From Synechococcales cyanobacterium VAR_4_metabat_354 (GTDB lineage: Bacteria > Cyanobacteriota > Cyanobacteriia > Cyanobacteriales > Chamaesiphonaceae): a stretch of DNA of 64,000 nucleotides. The notes under the pieces are model-generated. The model was given only the letters and a program-made list of their open reading frames with translations. It was not told where the DNA came from and made no database searches. The DNA is taken from NCBI GenBank assembly GCA_031414775.1, contig JANOQI010000062.1, forward strand, positions 96,001 to 160,000, given 5' to 3'. The position numbers and the translations under genes were made by a program. How positions within the stretch are numbered: the stretch's first letter is position 1; each line of letters opens with the position of its first letter. Below are positions 1 to 10,691 of the stretch, piece by piece.

Positions 1-1270
1 ATTGTCTACGATTCAAGGTCGGGTCATTCATCTAGAAGGCCATTTATTGGATTCTGGGCTAGTGAACCAGGTTTTGGATACGATCGTAGCTGGGGGTGGT
101 AGTTTTCAGGTCGTGAACTTTAATCTTGGCAGTCAGCGCCAAGATACCTCCAGCGCCGAAGTGAAAGTCTCGGCTCCGGATGCGATCGTGATGGCTGACA
201 TCATGGATCAATTGATTGACCTAGGGGCGATCAGCACTGCGGCGGAAACCGCGTCAGCTAATTTAGCCATCGTCACTCAGGCGGGAGTCGCCGCCGATGA
301 TTTCTATGCAACCACCATCTATCCGACAGAAGTCTTGATTGACGATCGATGGATCAAGGTACAAGGACAAAGGATGGACGGATCGATCGCCGTAACCCAC
401 ACAGCGGAAGGGGTAATTGCTCGTTGTCAGCTGCTGCGTGATTTACAGGTGGGTGAAGCGGTGGTGGTAGGCAATGAAGGCATTCGCACTAAACGCAACC
501 CTACCACTCTAAAAAAGCAGCAATCAGAAGAATTCAGCTTTATGGGAGCCGGGGTTTCTAGTGAACGGCGGGTGGAACTAGTAGTAGAACAAATTGCCTG
601 GGATCTGCGCCAAATTCGCGATCGAGGCGGCAAAGTTGTGGTGACGGCTGGCCCGGTAGTGATTCATACTGGCGGCAGCGAACACTTAAACCAACTCATT
701 CGCGAGGGCTATGTCCATGCCCTCCTAGGAGGCAATGCGATCGCTGTTCATGATATCGAGCAATCCTTGATGGGCACTTCTTTGGGTGTTGATATGCAGC
801 GCGGTGTGTCGGTACATGGCGGGCATCGTCACCACCTCAAAGCCATCAACACTATTCGCCGCTGTGGCAGCATTGCTCAAGCCGTGGCACAAGGAGTGTT
901 GCGGAGCGGAGTAATGTATGAATGCGTCAAACACAATATTCCCTTTTCCCTGGCTGGTTCGATTCGAGACGATGGGCCACTACCAGATACCAAAATGAAT
1001 CTCATCGAAGCCCAGGCTGACTATGCCCGCCTCATTGAGGGTGCCGATCTAATTTTGATGTTGTCTAGTATGCTGCATTCGATCGGAGTGGGAAATATGA
1101 CTCCCGCTGGGGTGAAAATGGTTTGTATCGATATTAATCCAGCAGTTGTGACCAAGTTGAGTGATCGAGGTTCGATCGAGTCCATCGGAGTTGTAACTGA
1201 TGTGGGACTTTTTCTTAGCTTGTTAGTGCAACAACTCAACAAACTAACCGGACAATACAGCCAGCAATAA
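1..1270 (+). CDS. argZ: Arginine dihydrolase/ornithine cyclodeaminase ArgZ/AgrE (TIGR00300 family), 5'-truncated by the window edge
   Basis: ORF open from the window start; LOR/SDH-like motifs GHLLDSG, FYATTIYPT, GPVVIHTG, AGSIRDDGPLPDT; directly upstream of putA, as in the cyanobacterial agrE-putA arrangement. Confidence 0.85.
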   Translation, partial: LSTIQGRVIHLEGHLLDSGLVNQVLDTIVAGGGSFQVVNFNLGSQRQDTSSAEVKVSAPDAIVMADIMDQLIDLGAISTAAETASANLAIVTQAGVAADDFYATTIYPTEVLIDDRWIKVQGQRMDGSIAVTHTAEGVIARCQLLRDLQVGEAVVVGNEGIRTKRNPTTLKKQQSEEFSFMGAGVSSERRVELVVEQIAWDLRQIRDRGGKVVVTAGPVVIHTGGSEHLNQLIREGYVHALLGGNAIAVHDIEQSLMGTSLGVDMQRGVSVHGGHRHHLKAINTIRRCGSIAQAVAQGVLRSGVMYECVKHNIPFSLAGSIRDDGPLPDTKMNLIEAQADYARLIEGADLILMLSSMLHSIGVGNMTPAGVKMVCIDINPAVVTKLSDRGSIESIGVVTDVGLFLSLLVQQLNKLTGQYSQQ

Positions 1271-1288
1271 ATAGGATAGGTTTAGATT

Positions 1289-4200
1289 ATGTCCTTGCAT
1301 CCAGCCCCTACCAACCCCACCCCATTCGCTACCGAGGAGCAGACCCTCGCGATTGCTCGTCAGTTACTCGCGGCTACCACTACCAATCGATCGATCCTTG
1401 CCAAAGTGCGCGATCAGTTTCGCTGGGATGACAAGCTGCTCAGTTGGACAATGGATAATCCGGGGTTGCGGGTGCAGCTTTTCCGGCTAATTGATTGCTT
1501 GCCAGCACTAACCAGCAAGGCTGAAATTGCTCGTCACCTGCAAGAATATCTAAACGATGCGGCGGTGGAATTACCAGCAGCCCTCAAGAATCTGTTGAAC
1601 TTTACTGGTGCGGAATCCATCGCCGGACAAGTGGCGGCCACCACCCTGACCACTGCGGTCGAAACCCTCGCACGTAAATACATTGCCGGTGAAAATTTAC
1701 CACAAGCACTCCAGACGATCGAACAACTCCGCCAACAATCCATGACCTTTACGATGGATGTGTTGGGAGAAGCGGTAGTCACGGAAGTCGAAGCCCAAGC
1801 CTACCTAGATCAATATTTAGAGTTGATGGCACAACTCACAACAGCGGCACCGAGTTGGTCGAACCATCAAACAATCGCTCCCGTGCAGGTATCAGTAAAA
1901 CTTACCGCCTTTTATTCCCAATTCGATCCATTGGATGTAGCGGGTTCCCAGTCCAAAGTGATCGATCGCATTCGGATCCTGCTGCGGCGGGCACAGACAG
2001 TTGGCGCAGCGGTGCATTTTGACATGGAGCAATATCGCTATAAAGATGCCACCCTAGAGGTTCTAAAGAGCCTATTGATGGAAACAGAATTTCGCGATCG
2101 TACGGATGTTGGTCTCACACTGCAAGCTTACTTGCGAGATAGCTATCGCGACTTACAAAATCTAATTACCTGGGTCAAAGAACGGGGCAAACCCCTGACC
2201 GTGCGGTTAGTCAAAGGGGCTTACTGGGATCAAGAAACGATTACCGCTCGTCAAAATTATTGGCCAACCCCGGTCTATAACTATAAATCTTCCACCGATG
2301 CTAATTTTGAGCGAATGACCCGGCTGCTGTTAGAAAATTACGAATATCTCTACGCGGCAATTGGTAGTCACAACATTCGCTCCCAGGCACAAGCGATGGC
2401 CTACGCCGATAGTCTGCGCAGCAGCCTCGCCCAAACTCCCGAGATGCCCCAGCCGCAGATTGAGTTTCAAGTCCTTTATGGCATGGCCGACCAATTGGCC
2501 GCTACTTTGGCACAACAAGGTCAGCAAGTACGGGTCTACTGCCCCTATGGCACCTTAATTCCAGGGATGGCTTATCTGACCCGGCGGCTATTAGAGAATA
2601 CCGCTAATAGTTCTTTTCTCAAGCAAAGCTTAGCCCATGCCTCGGTGGCCTCATTGCTCTCAGTACCCACGTGGGGATCAGGGGATCAGGATGGTGAGGC
2701 CGTGCAACCAATGTCCATTAAGACAACGACAGCGACGATCACCCAGATTAATCCAGCCGCAGATACAAACTACGCGATCGCCGCATTACGTTTAAAGGCA
2801 GCGACCGCTTTGGACAATGTGCGTCAGCAGTTTGGTCACACCTATTGGCCGTTATTGGATGGTAAATGGTTCCAGACAACCACAACTATTCCCTCCATCA
2901 ATCCATCGAATCCAGCAGAAATAGTGGGTTCGATCGGCCAAATTAATATTGAACAAGCCGATCAGGCGATCAGCGCTGCCCAGAAAGCTTTTTTAACCTG
3001 GCGACGGACACCAGTAGCGGAGCGCACAGCCATTCTCCGGCGAGCAGCAGATTTATTGGAAGCACGTCGTCACGAACTAAATGCCTGGATGGTATTTGAG
3101 GCTGGCAAACCCCTAAAACAAGCCGATAGTGAGGTTTCGGAAGCGGTGGATTTTTGTCGCTACTACGCAGCAGAAATGGAGCGATTAGCACCAGCGGTGG
3201 TCTATGACGTGGCCGGGGAGATCGATCGATACCACTATGCCCCCAAAGGCATTGTGCTGGTAATTTCTCCTTGGAATTTCCCCTTAGCGATTCCGACCGG
3301 CATGACCGTGGCTGCCTTGGTAACAGGAAATTGTGTGTTATTGAAACCAGCGGCAGCGACGACCGTAATTGCGGCCAAGTTGAGTGAGATCTTGGTCGCC
3401 GCAGGGATACCACCGGGGGTATTTCAGTGTGTACCGGGAAATGGCTCTACTGTGGGGGCGCATTTGGTGAAGCACCCAGAAGTGCAGATGATTGTGTTTA
3501 CGGGTTCCCAGGCAGTAGGTTGCGAAATCTATGCCCAGGCGGCGATTTGGCAACCAGGGCAAAAGCATTTAAAGCGGGTGGTGGCGGAGATGGGTGGCAA
3601 GAATGCAATCGTGGTGGATGAAAGTGCTGATTTAGATCAGGCGGTGCAAGGCGTGGTCTATTCGGCCTTTGGCTATAGTGGTCAAAAGTGTTCGGCTTGT
3701 GCGCGGGTAGTAGTACTAGCATCGATTTACGAAGCTTTTGTGGAGCGGTTGGTAGAAGCTACCAAGTCGTTGAACGTGGGAGATGCAGCGTTGCCTAGCA
3801 CAAAGGTGGGGCCAGTGATTGATGGGTCAGCGCAGCAACGAATTCAGGCGGTCGTGGCACAGGGCAAGCTGTCGGCCACATTGGCTCTAGAGTTGCCCTC
3901 GCCGGAGCTGGGTTATTTTGTGGGACCAGTGATTTTTACCGATGTGGAACCGGGGGATCCGATCGCCCAAGAGGAAATTTTTGGACCGGTGTTGGTGGTG
4001 ATCAAAGCGCAGAATTTTGACCAGGCATTAGTGATCGCTAATGGTACTAACTATGCTCTGACGGGAGGACTCTACTCCCGGACTCCTTCGCATATCGATC
4101 GAGCAAAGGTGGAGTTTGAGGTAGGGAATCTGTATATCAATCGCAGTATTACAGGAGCAATTGTGGCGCGGCAACCTTTTGGGGGCTATAAGTTGTCAGG

Positions 4201-4306
4201 GGTTGGCTCCAAAGCGGGCGGGCCAGATTACTTGCTGCAATTCCTCGATCCGCGCACGGTGACGGAAAATATTCAGCGACAGGGGTTTGCACCTTTACTG
4301 GAATAA
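1289..4306 (+). CDS. putA: Bifunctional proline dehydrogenase / P5C dehydrogenase
   Basis: PRODH motifs VRLVKGAYWD and RRLLENTAN; ALDH motifs ISPWNFP, EMGGKN, GQKCSAC, EEIFGP. Confidence 0.95.
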   Translation: MSLHPAPTNPTPFATEEQTLAIARQLLAATTTNRSILAKVRDQFRWDDKLLSWTMDNPGLRVQLFRLIDCLPALTSKAEIARHLQEYLNDAAVELPAALKNLLNFTGAESIAGQVAATTLTTAVETLARKYIAGENLPQALQTIEQLRQQSMTFTMDVLGEAVVTEVEAQAYLDQYLELMAQLTTAAPSWSNHQTIAPVQVSVKLTAFYSQFDPLDVAGSQSKVIDRIRILLRRAQTVGAAVHFDMEQYRYKDATLEVLKSLLMETEFRDRTDVGLTLQAYLRDSYRDLQNLITWVKERGKPLTVRLVKGAYWDQETITARQNYWPTPVYNYKSSTDANFERMTRLLLENYEYLYAAIGSHNIRSQAQAMAYADSLRSSLAQTPEMPQPQIEFQVLYGMADQLAATLAQQGQQVRVYCPYGTLIPGMAYLTRRLLENTANSSFLKQSLAHASVASLLSVPTWGSGDQDGEAVQPMSIKTTTATITQINPAADTNYAIAALRLKAATALDNVRQQFGHTYWPLLDGKWFQTTTTIPSINPSNPAEIVGSIGQINIEQADQAISAAQKAFLTWRRTPVAERTAILRRAADLLEARRHELNAWMVFEAGKPLKQADSEVSEAVDFCRYYAAEMERLAPAVVYDVAGEIDRYHYAPKGIVLVISPWNFPLAIPTGMTVAALVTGNCVLLKPAAATTVIAAKLSEILVAAGIPPGVFQCVPGNGSTVGAHLVKHPEVQMIVFTGSQAVGCEIYAQAAIWQPGQKHLKRVVAEMGGKNAIVVDESADLDQAVQGVVYSAFGYSGQKCSACARVVVLASIYEAFVERLVEATKSLNVGDAALPSTKVGPVIDGSAQQRIQAVVAQGKLSATLALELPSPELGYFVGPVIFTDVEPGDPIAQEEIFGPVLVVIKAQNFDQALVIANGTNYALTGGLYSRTPSHIDRAKVEFEVGNLYINRSITGAIVARQPFGGYKLSGVGSKAGGPDYLLQFLDPRTVTENIQRQGFAPLLE

Positions 4307-4351
4307 CGATTTTGCTTTTGCTGGCCAAGAATTTTCAAAAATTCTAGTCAA

Positions 4352-4714
4352 CTATTTACCTTTTTCCACCACAATAGTAAGATGAGCGACCATTGACCCA
4401 ATCACGGCCACCGCCGTCACGACGGGGAATAGCGCAGCCCCAATTACCCCACCAACGACCCCCACCGTCAAAGGAATTTCAATCAAGGTCTGTCCTTCGG
4501 AGTGTTTGATGATAATCCGCCGGATATTGCCTTCATGGATCAGCTCCTTGACTTTTGCCACCAGAGAGTCGCCACTGATGCTGAATTCTTCGACCGTGAC
4601 CTTTTCGGCGGTTTCGGCGGTTTCACTTTCAGATACTACTGGCACGATCGAAGCCGAAGATGGTGATTGATCTTGGAGCTGTTGCTTTTGCTCTTGTTCG
4701 CTGGAGTTATTCAT
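4352..4714 (-). CDS. DUF4342 domain protein
   Basis: EEFSISGDSLVAKVKELIHEGNIRRIIIK...LIEIPLTVG pattern; ATG at 4714 chosen as the likely start. Confidence 0.8.
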   Translation of the reverse strand: MNNSSEQEQKQQLQDQSPSSASIVPVVSESETAETAEKVTVEEFSISGDSLVAKVKELIHEGNIRRIIIKHSEGQTLIEIPLTVGVVGGVIGAALFPVVTAVAVIGSMVAHLTIVVEKGK

Positions 4715-4860
4715 TGTTTTGTTCTGCATAATCACTGCTATTTTCAAGAATAGAAGAAAATGTTGAGGAAGCTGTGAGGATAAAAATTCATGGGGTTCAC
4801 AAATAATCAGTATGATGAATAATTACAGGGTGTGATGCAGCAACGGCAGAAGAACCAGGA

Positions 4861-6537
4861 ATGAATATCAATGCTTCCATTATTGACCAACGCCTCACCA
4901 CCGTTCAGGATGAAATTCGTCAGCGGGCTGCTGATGAGTTGAATATCAGCAGTCCAGATAAAGTCTTTTCGTTGGCTTTTATCTATCTCTGTGTTCAAAC
5001 AATGCTTGATCTGGATGATATCGAAGCATTTGATTCTCTAACTGAGGGTGGTGGAGATTTTGGCGTTGATGCTATGCATATTTCAGAAGAATATGATGGC
5101 GAATTCACCATCAGCTTATTCCAAGGAAAATACAAACGAAATTTGGCAGCGGATGCCAATTATCCAGAAAATGCAATTAATGATTTGATCAACGCCATTC
5201 GCTATATTTTTGATCCCGCCGCTCAACTCAATCATGTCAATGATCAGCTGCTTTCTCAAGTAGAAAATGCCAGAAGTCTGATCAGAGATGGTTACATTCC
5301 ACGGGTACGAGCCTTGGCTTGTAACAATGGACTTTGCTGGAACACTGCCGCTCAAGAATCGATCGATCGATCTGGTTTTGGCAATCAAGTTACTTGGGAA
5401 CATGTCAATCATGATCGACTGGTGGATATTATTCGATCGACTAAGCCAGTTAATGACAACTTGCAACTCACCGGCCAAGCGATCGTCGAAGATATGGATT
5501 TTAGCCGGGTACTGGTTGGCCGCATTTCCACTAAAGAAATATCCGCTCTGATTAACCGTCATGGGGAAAGACTGCTAGAAAGAAACGTCCGCAGGTATTT
5601 AGGACTTCAGGGTAATCGAGTCAATGAAGCTATTCAAAATACTCTGCAAAGTTTAGAACGGAGCAATTTTTATTTCTATAACAATGGCATTACCCTGACC
5701 TGCGACAAGTTTTCTTACAACGCACTGCAAAAGGATGATTATCAGGTGCGCATCGAAAATTTGCAGATTATTAATGGTGGTCAGACTTGCATGACTATTT
5801 ATAAAACATTGCAGCAACTATCCTCGTGGGATGAGACTCCGGCCTATGTATTAGTGAGACTCTATCAATTACCGAGCGAAAATGACGATCTGGTACGCCG
5901 CATTACTTTTGCTACCAATAGTCAAAATCCGGTGGATCTCCGTGATTTGAAAGCTAATGATGACAAACAGCAGCGCTTAGAAATAGATGTTCAGCAGCTC
6001 GGCTACACCTATCGCCGCAAGCGGAGCGATCAAGGTAGTAGAGCCGATATCACTTCTGGAGTAGCCGCTGAAGCGATTCTATCTGTCTGGCGACAGGCAC
6101 CCCATCAAGCCAAGTTTTTCACCCGCGAACATTTCGGCAAGTTGTATGAAACCGTTTTTACCAATGACCTGAATGGGGCACAACTGATCATTGCTGTAAT
6201 GCTATATCGAATTGCCGAAAATCGTCGTCGTCGTCCCGATTCAACAGATCCCGCTTTTGTGCGCTATGCTTCATGCTTTATCGCTATGCAGATGGGCAGA
6301 CATCTTCTAAATGCTCTGAATGTTGAACTCTCCGTTCTAAACCATAAAAACTTTCCTAGAGCAGTTCAGTTCATTGAGCAAAATAGTAGCACTTACTTTA
6401 ATCAAGCCTTGCAGGATATAGAAGCATCTCTCAAAGGTCTCTATGGTGAAGCTAGTATCTCCTTACAACAACTTTCCGCCACTTTTCGACGTGGTGATTT
6501 GATTCAAAAGCTCTCAGAAATATCTCAGATTGAGTGA
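4861..6537 (+). CDS. AIPR family (abortive infection phage resistance) protein
   Basis: N-terminal GGGDFGVDA...FQGKY nuclease-like motif; core motifs [30 protein letters not shown]. Confidence 0.85.
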   Translation: MNINASIIDQRLTTVQDEIRQRAADELNISSPDKVFSLAFIYLCVQTMLDLDDIEAFDSLTEGGGDFGVDAMHISEEYDGEFTISLFQGKYKRNLAADANYPENAINDLINAIRYIFDPAAQLNHVNDQLLSQVENARSLIRDGYIPRVRALACNNGLCWNTAAQESIDRSGFGNQVTWEHVNHDRLVDIIRSTKPVNDNLQLTGQAIVEDMDFSRVLVGRISTKEISALINRHGERLLERNVRRYLGLQGNRVNEAIQNTLQSLERSNFYFYNNGITLTCDKFSYNALQKDDYQVRIENLQIINGGQTCMTIYKTLQQLSSWDETPAYVLVRLYQLPSENDDLVRRITFATNSQNPVDLRDLKANDDKQQRLEIDVQQLGYTYRRKRSDQGSRADITSGVAAEAILSVWRQAPHQAKFFTREHFGKLYETVFTNDLNGAQLIIAVMLYRIAENRRRRPDSTDPAFVRYASCFIAMQMGRHLLNALNVELSVLNHKNFPRAVQFIEQNSSTYFNQALQDIEASLKGLYGEASISLQQLSATFRRGDLIQKLSEISQIE

Positions 6538-6634
6538 GGATCAAGGACAGATCTTCAGTGCCCGAAAAATTGCAGCAGGGCGACCAGAAATGTTATGTTT
6601 ATCCTTATCCCTGCTAGTTTTCAGCCCCGTTCCC

Positions 6635-9211
6635 GTGAAATACACCCCCAGCTCGATCGAAACCAAATGGCAGCAAGAGTGGGACAGAATCGGTCTCTAC
6701 CAGACCGATACCACCAGTAGCAAGCCTAAGTTTTATGCCCTGTCGATGTTTCCCTACCCATCGGGTAATTTGCATATGGGGCATGTGCGGAACTACGTAA
6801 TCACCGACGTGATTGCGCGGCTGAAAAGAATGCAGGGCTTTCGGGTATTGCATCCGATGGGTTGGGATGCTTTTGGTTTACCAGCGGAGAATGCAGCGAT
6901 CGCGAACCAAGTACACCCAGCCAAGTGGACTTACCAAAATATCGAACACATGCGCGGTCAGCTAAAAACTTTGGGGCTGTCGATCGATTGGGATTGCGAA
7001 CTAGCCACTTGCTCGCCAGATTATTACAAATGGACGCAGTGGATCTTTTTACAATTTTTCCAAGCGGGGTTAGCCTACCAGTCTGAATCGGCGGTAAATT
7101 GGGATCCGATCGATCTCACCGTATTGGCCAACGAACAAGTAGACAATGAAGGCCGCTCTTGGCGCTCGGGGGCGATCGTCGAGAAAAAGCTGCTGCGCCA
7201 GTGGTTCTTGAAAATTACGGAATATGCCGACCAATTGTTAGCTGATTTGGATACCCTCGATGGCTGGTCAGAGCAGGTCAAGACCCTGCAAACCAATTGG
7301 ATTGGTCGATCGATCGGGGCGCATTTAGAATTCCCGATTATTGGTCACAGCGAGAAGATTAAAGTATTTACAACTCGTCCCGATACGGTGTACGGGGTTT
7401 CGTATGTCGTCTTAGCTCCCGAACATCCGCTGGTGGCAAAGGTAACAACTAGTCAATACCAAGCTGCTGTTGATGCCTTTATTGCTGAAGTTAAACAAGA
7501 AAGTGAGATCGATCGAACTGCTGATAACCGACCAAAGCGCGGTGTCTTTACGGGTGGCAGCGTCCTCAATTCCTTTACTGGTCAAGAAGTCCCGATCTGG
7601 ATTGCCGACTATGTATTGTACGAATACGGCACCGGCGCGGTGATGGGTGTACCAGCCCACGATGAGCGAGACTTTCAATTTGCCAAACAATACGGCCTAG
7701 CGATTCAACAAGTGATCCTAGATCCCCAAGCTGAAACGGGTGTAGAGCTGACTGCGGCCTTTACTGGTAGCGGCATCATGACTAATTCTGGGCAGTTTGA
7801 TGGCTTGGATAATATCGCTGGCAAGCAATCGATCATCAAACACGCTGAGTCCCAAGGCTGGGGTAATGCCAAAATTCATTACCGATTGCGCGATTGGTTG
7901 ATCTCCCGCCAACGTTATTGGGGCGCACCGATTCCAATTATTCATTGCTCTAAATGTGGCGCAGTGCCGGTGCCCGAAAAAGATTTGCCCGTGGAACTAC
8001 CCGCTGATGTGGAGTTTAGCGGCAAAGGTGGTAATCCGCTGGCTAAATTAGACAGCTGGGTGAATGTACCCTGTCCGAGTTGTGGCACGGCAGCCAAGCG
8101 CGAAACCGACACGATGGATACCTTTATTGATTCTTCATGGTACTATTTGCGCTTCACCGATGCCAAAAATAGCGATAAAGTCTTTGATATCGATCGAGTG
8201 AATAGTTGGCTGCCGATCGATCAATATGTGGGGGGCGTGGAGCACGCTATTTTGCATTTGTTGTACTCCCGCTTTTTCACCAAGTTTCTGCGCGATCAAA
8301 AGCAGGGCAGCCAACCATTACTAAACTGTACCGAACCTTTCCAGCGCTTGTTAACTCAAGGAATGGTGCAGGGCCAGACCTATTTCAATCCCAAGAAAGG
8401 CGGTAAGGATAAATGGATTCCGGCTAATCAGGTTGATCCGGAGCATCCGATCGATCCGCAAACAGGCGAACCACTAGAACTGATTTATGCCACTATGTCC
8501 AAGTCCAAAGGTAATGGAGTATCACCAGAGGAGGTAATTGCCCAGTATGGTGTGGACATCGCCCGAATGTTTATCCTATTCAAAGCGCCACCAGAGAAAG
8601 ATTTAGAATGGGACGAAGCCGATGTGGAAGGTCAAGCGCGCTTTTTGGGTCGGGTGTGGCGATTGGTGAAACAGTTCATCGAAAGCGGCAATCCATCAGC
8701 AGCGATGCCTGACAACATCAGTTCGGCGGAGAAGAAAGTGCGCCGTGCCACCCATATCGCTATTAAAGAAATCACCGAAGATTTAGAGGGCGAATATCAA
8801 TTCAACACAGCCGTGTCGGAATTAATGAAGTTGAGCAACGCCTTGGGTGATGCCGACTGCCCCGATTCTCCAGCTTATGCCGAAGGCATTAATACTCTGC
8901 TCAGGTTGTTAGCTCCTTTTGCACCACATTTAGCCGAAGAACTATGGTCACTAATGGGTCATAGTGGTTCAATTCACACCCAAGAATGGTGTCAGTTCGA
9001 TCCGAAATTGCTGGTAGCCGATGAAATCACCATCGTCATTCAGGTTATGGGTAAAACCAGAGGTACGATCGAGGTGCCCACTAGCATTAGTAAAGACGAA
9101 ATGGAGCAGCTAGCGCTAGCCTCGGAAACTGCCCAAAAATACGTTACGGGGAAGGAAATCAAAAAGACGATCGTAGTACCAGGAAAACTGGTGAATTTTG
9201 TAGTGAAATAA
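6635..9211 (+). CDS. leuS: Leucine--tRNA ligase
   Basis: [13 protein letters not shown] (HIGH-like), TMSKSKGN (KMSKS-like), [14 protein letters not shown] at 6635 is the likely start. Confidence 0.97.
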   Translation: MKYTPSSIETKWQQEWDRIGLYQTDTTSSKPKFYALSMFPYPSGNLHMGHVRNYVITDVIARLKRMQGFRVLHPMGWDAFGLPAENAAIANQVHPAKWTYQNIEHMRGQLKTLGLSIDWDCELATCSPDYYKWTQWIFLQFFQAGLAYQSESAVNWDPIDLTVLANEQVDNEGRSWRSGAIVEKKLLRQWFLKITEYADQLLADLDTLDGWSEQVKTLQTNWIGRSIGAHLEFPIIGHSEKIKVFTTRPDTVYGVSYVVLAPEHPLVAKVTTSQYQAAVDAFIAEVKQESEIDRTADNRPKRGVFTGGSVLNSFTGQEVPIWIADYVLYEYGTGAVMGVPAHDERDFQFAKQYGLAIQQVILDPQAETGVELTAAFTGSGIMTNSGQFDGLDNIAGKQSIIKHAESQGWGNAKIHYRLRDWLISRQRYWGAPIPIIHCSKCGAVPVPEKDLPVELPADVEFSGKGGNPLAKLDSWVNVPCPSCGTAAKRETDTMDTFIDSSWYYLRFTDAKNSDKVFDIDRVNSWLPIDQYVGGVEHAILHLLYSRFFTKFLRDQKQGSQPLLNCTEPFQRLLTQGMVQGQTYFNPKKGGKDKWIPANQVDPEHPIDPQTGEPLELIYATMSKSKGNGVSPEEVIAQYGVDIARMFILFKAPPEKDLEWDEADVEGQARFLGRVWRLVKQFIESGNPSAAMPDNISSAEKKVRRATHIAIKEITEDLEGEYQFNTAVSELMKLSNALGDADCPDSPAYAEGINTLLRLLAPFAPHLAEELWSLMGHSGSIHTQEWCQFDPKLLVADEITIVIQVMGKTRGTIEVPTSISKDEMEQLALASETAQKYVTGKEIKKTIVVPGKLVNFVVK

Positions 9212-9388
9212 TATAAATCAAAATTTAATTTAGCTGTGGATATGAATAGCAACGACAGACGGTGGAGGTTACAAACAAATTAGCTAGTCCAAAATATCGG
9301 GATGGCCAGATAAGAATAAGATGGGCGCGTTACAATTGAAGTATGGAGATAATGTTTTGCAATCAGTTAGATAGAGACTGAGGCCGAT

Positions 9389-10498
9389 ATGAGCCAACCA
9401 ACATCAATTGTTAGGCAGCGGGTAAGATTTGAAGAGGTAACTCTGGCGAATGATTGTGTGGCATTCTTCGATGCTGCGCTCGAATCTTTAGCCGCCCATT
9501 TGGGTTTACCTATCTATGAAAGCTATGACGATCAAGATGACTTGTGGTTAGCTTTCTTTACGTTGCAATCTGGGGAGACGGTTGCACTGGGAGAGTACCT
9601 CAATTCTCCCCAGCCGGGAACCTCTTTGTATGTGAATTCTGCAATGCAGAATATCCCTCAGATTGTTTTTGCTAGTTGTCAGCAGCTGCAAGTATGGCGA
9701 AATGTTGTTTGGTTCCATCCTGATTTTCTGAAGGATATTAAGCAATTGTATGAATCACATACCGAGATTAAGCCCAGCCACAGCTACACAAACGCAAAAA
9801 GACAGAAATTACCACAGCTAGAAAAATTACCACAGAGCCATTGGTATGAAACGATCGATTGCTTCCATCATGCACTGCGAATTTATCCTAAGCAAGAGTT
9901 TCCTCAGTATTGGGCAATGCTGCAACACAATCTCGGCTTGGCTTATGCCGATCGGATCCAAGGCTATAAGTTGAGGAATTTGAAGCAATCGATCGATTGC
10001 TTCAACAAGTCTCTAGAAATTTATACCCAGAAAGACTTCCCAGAGAAATGGGAGCTAAATCAGCGTAGCTTGCGAAAATCTCAGCAATCTTTGGAGTTGT
10101 TGCAGAAGCAGAGTTTAGTCAAAGATATTTTTGAGCAACCAACTCCAGAGCAAAACTTGAAAGGTATCAATCTGAGTGGGGCTGATCTGAGTGGTACCAA
10201 CTTAAAAGATACCGATCTGAGCGGTGCTGACCTCAGACTGGCCAATTTGAGACTTTCCGATCTGAGTGGGGCTGATCTGAGTGGTGCCGACCTCAGCGGT
10301 ACCAACCTGAGTGGTACTAACTTGAGGTTTGCCGATCTAAGTGGTGCCAGCCTGAGCAGTGCCAACGTAATGAGGGCGAGATTTGGATATGGCCGAGGAA
10401 TTTCTGAATCGGTGAAGGAAGATTTGATTACCAGAGGAGCCATTTTTGATGATTCTTCAGGCGATCGATGGGCTTCTGAAAACCTAGTTCCTCGCTAG
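9389..10498 (+). CDS. Protein with an unknown N-terminal domain, TPR-like repeats and pentapeptide repeats
   Basis: WAMLQHNLGLAY TPR-like motif; A(D/N)LSG pentapeptide repeats at about 10150-10380. Confidence 0.8.
   Translation: MSQPTSIVRQRVRFEEVTLANDCVAFFDAALESLAAHLGLPIYESYDDQDDLWLAFFTLQSGETVALGEYLNSPQPGTSLYVNSAMQNIPQIVFASCQQLQVWRNVVWFHPDFLKDIKQLYESHTEIKPSHSYTNAKRQKLPQLEKLPQSHWYETIDCFHHALRIYPKQEFPQYWAMLQHNLGLAYADRIQGYKLRNLKQSIDCFNKSLEIYTQKDFPEKWELNQRSLRKSQQSLELLQKQSLVKDIFEQPTPEQNLKGINLSGADLSGTNLKDTDLSGADLRLANLRLSDLSGADLSGADLSGTNLSGTNLRFADLSGASLSSANVMRARFGYGRGISESVKEDLITRGAIFDDSSGDRWASENLVPR
10150..10375 (+). repeat. Pentapeptide-repeat coding array (15-nt period, e.g. gctgatctgagtggt)
   Basis: Repeated (G)ADLSG/TNLSG units visible in both DNA and protein. 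Confidence 0.85.
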
Positions 10499-10550
10499 CT
10501 GCGAACAAAAATCATAGATCCCATCAATTATGGTTAGGCTATTAAACAAA

Positions 10551-10687
10551 TCATTTACTGGTCTTATTTAAAGCTAACTTTGTAGATCTAATTAAAAACC
10601 TGAGCGCTTCATTCACAGCATCAGCATTAGGAAACATTCAGCTGCATCAGGCTCTAACCTTACATTTACCTCAGCGAAATTTTTTCG
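10551..10687 (-). pseudogene. Frameshifted remnant of a BrnA-like antitoxin gene
   Basis: Minus strand reads RKNFAEVNVRLEPDAAE, then after a 1-nt shift MFPNADAVNEALRFLIRSTK...stop; no start codon, and a TGA lies immediately upstream in frame. Confidence 0.6.
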
Positions 10688-10691
10688 TCAT

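Noticed and set aside
6530..6634. N-terminal extension of LeuS overlapping the AIPR stop
   Set aside because: Longest-ORF artefact; LeuS-like sequence begins near the GTG at 6635
10150..10375. Periodic repeats as a CRISPR array
   Set aside because: 15-nt in-frame period with no unique spacers; explained by pentapeptide-repeat coding
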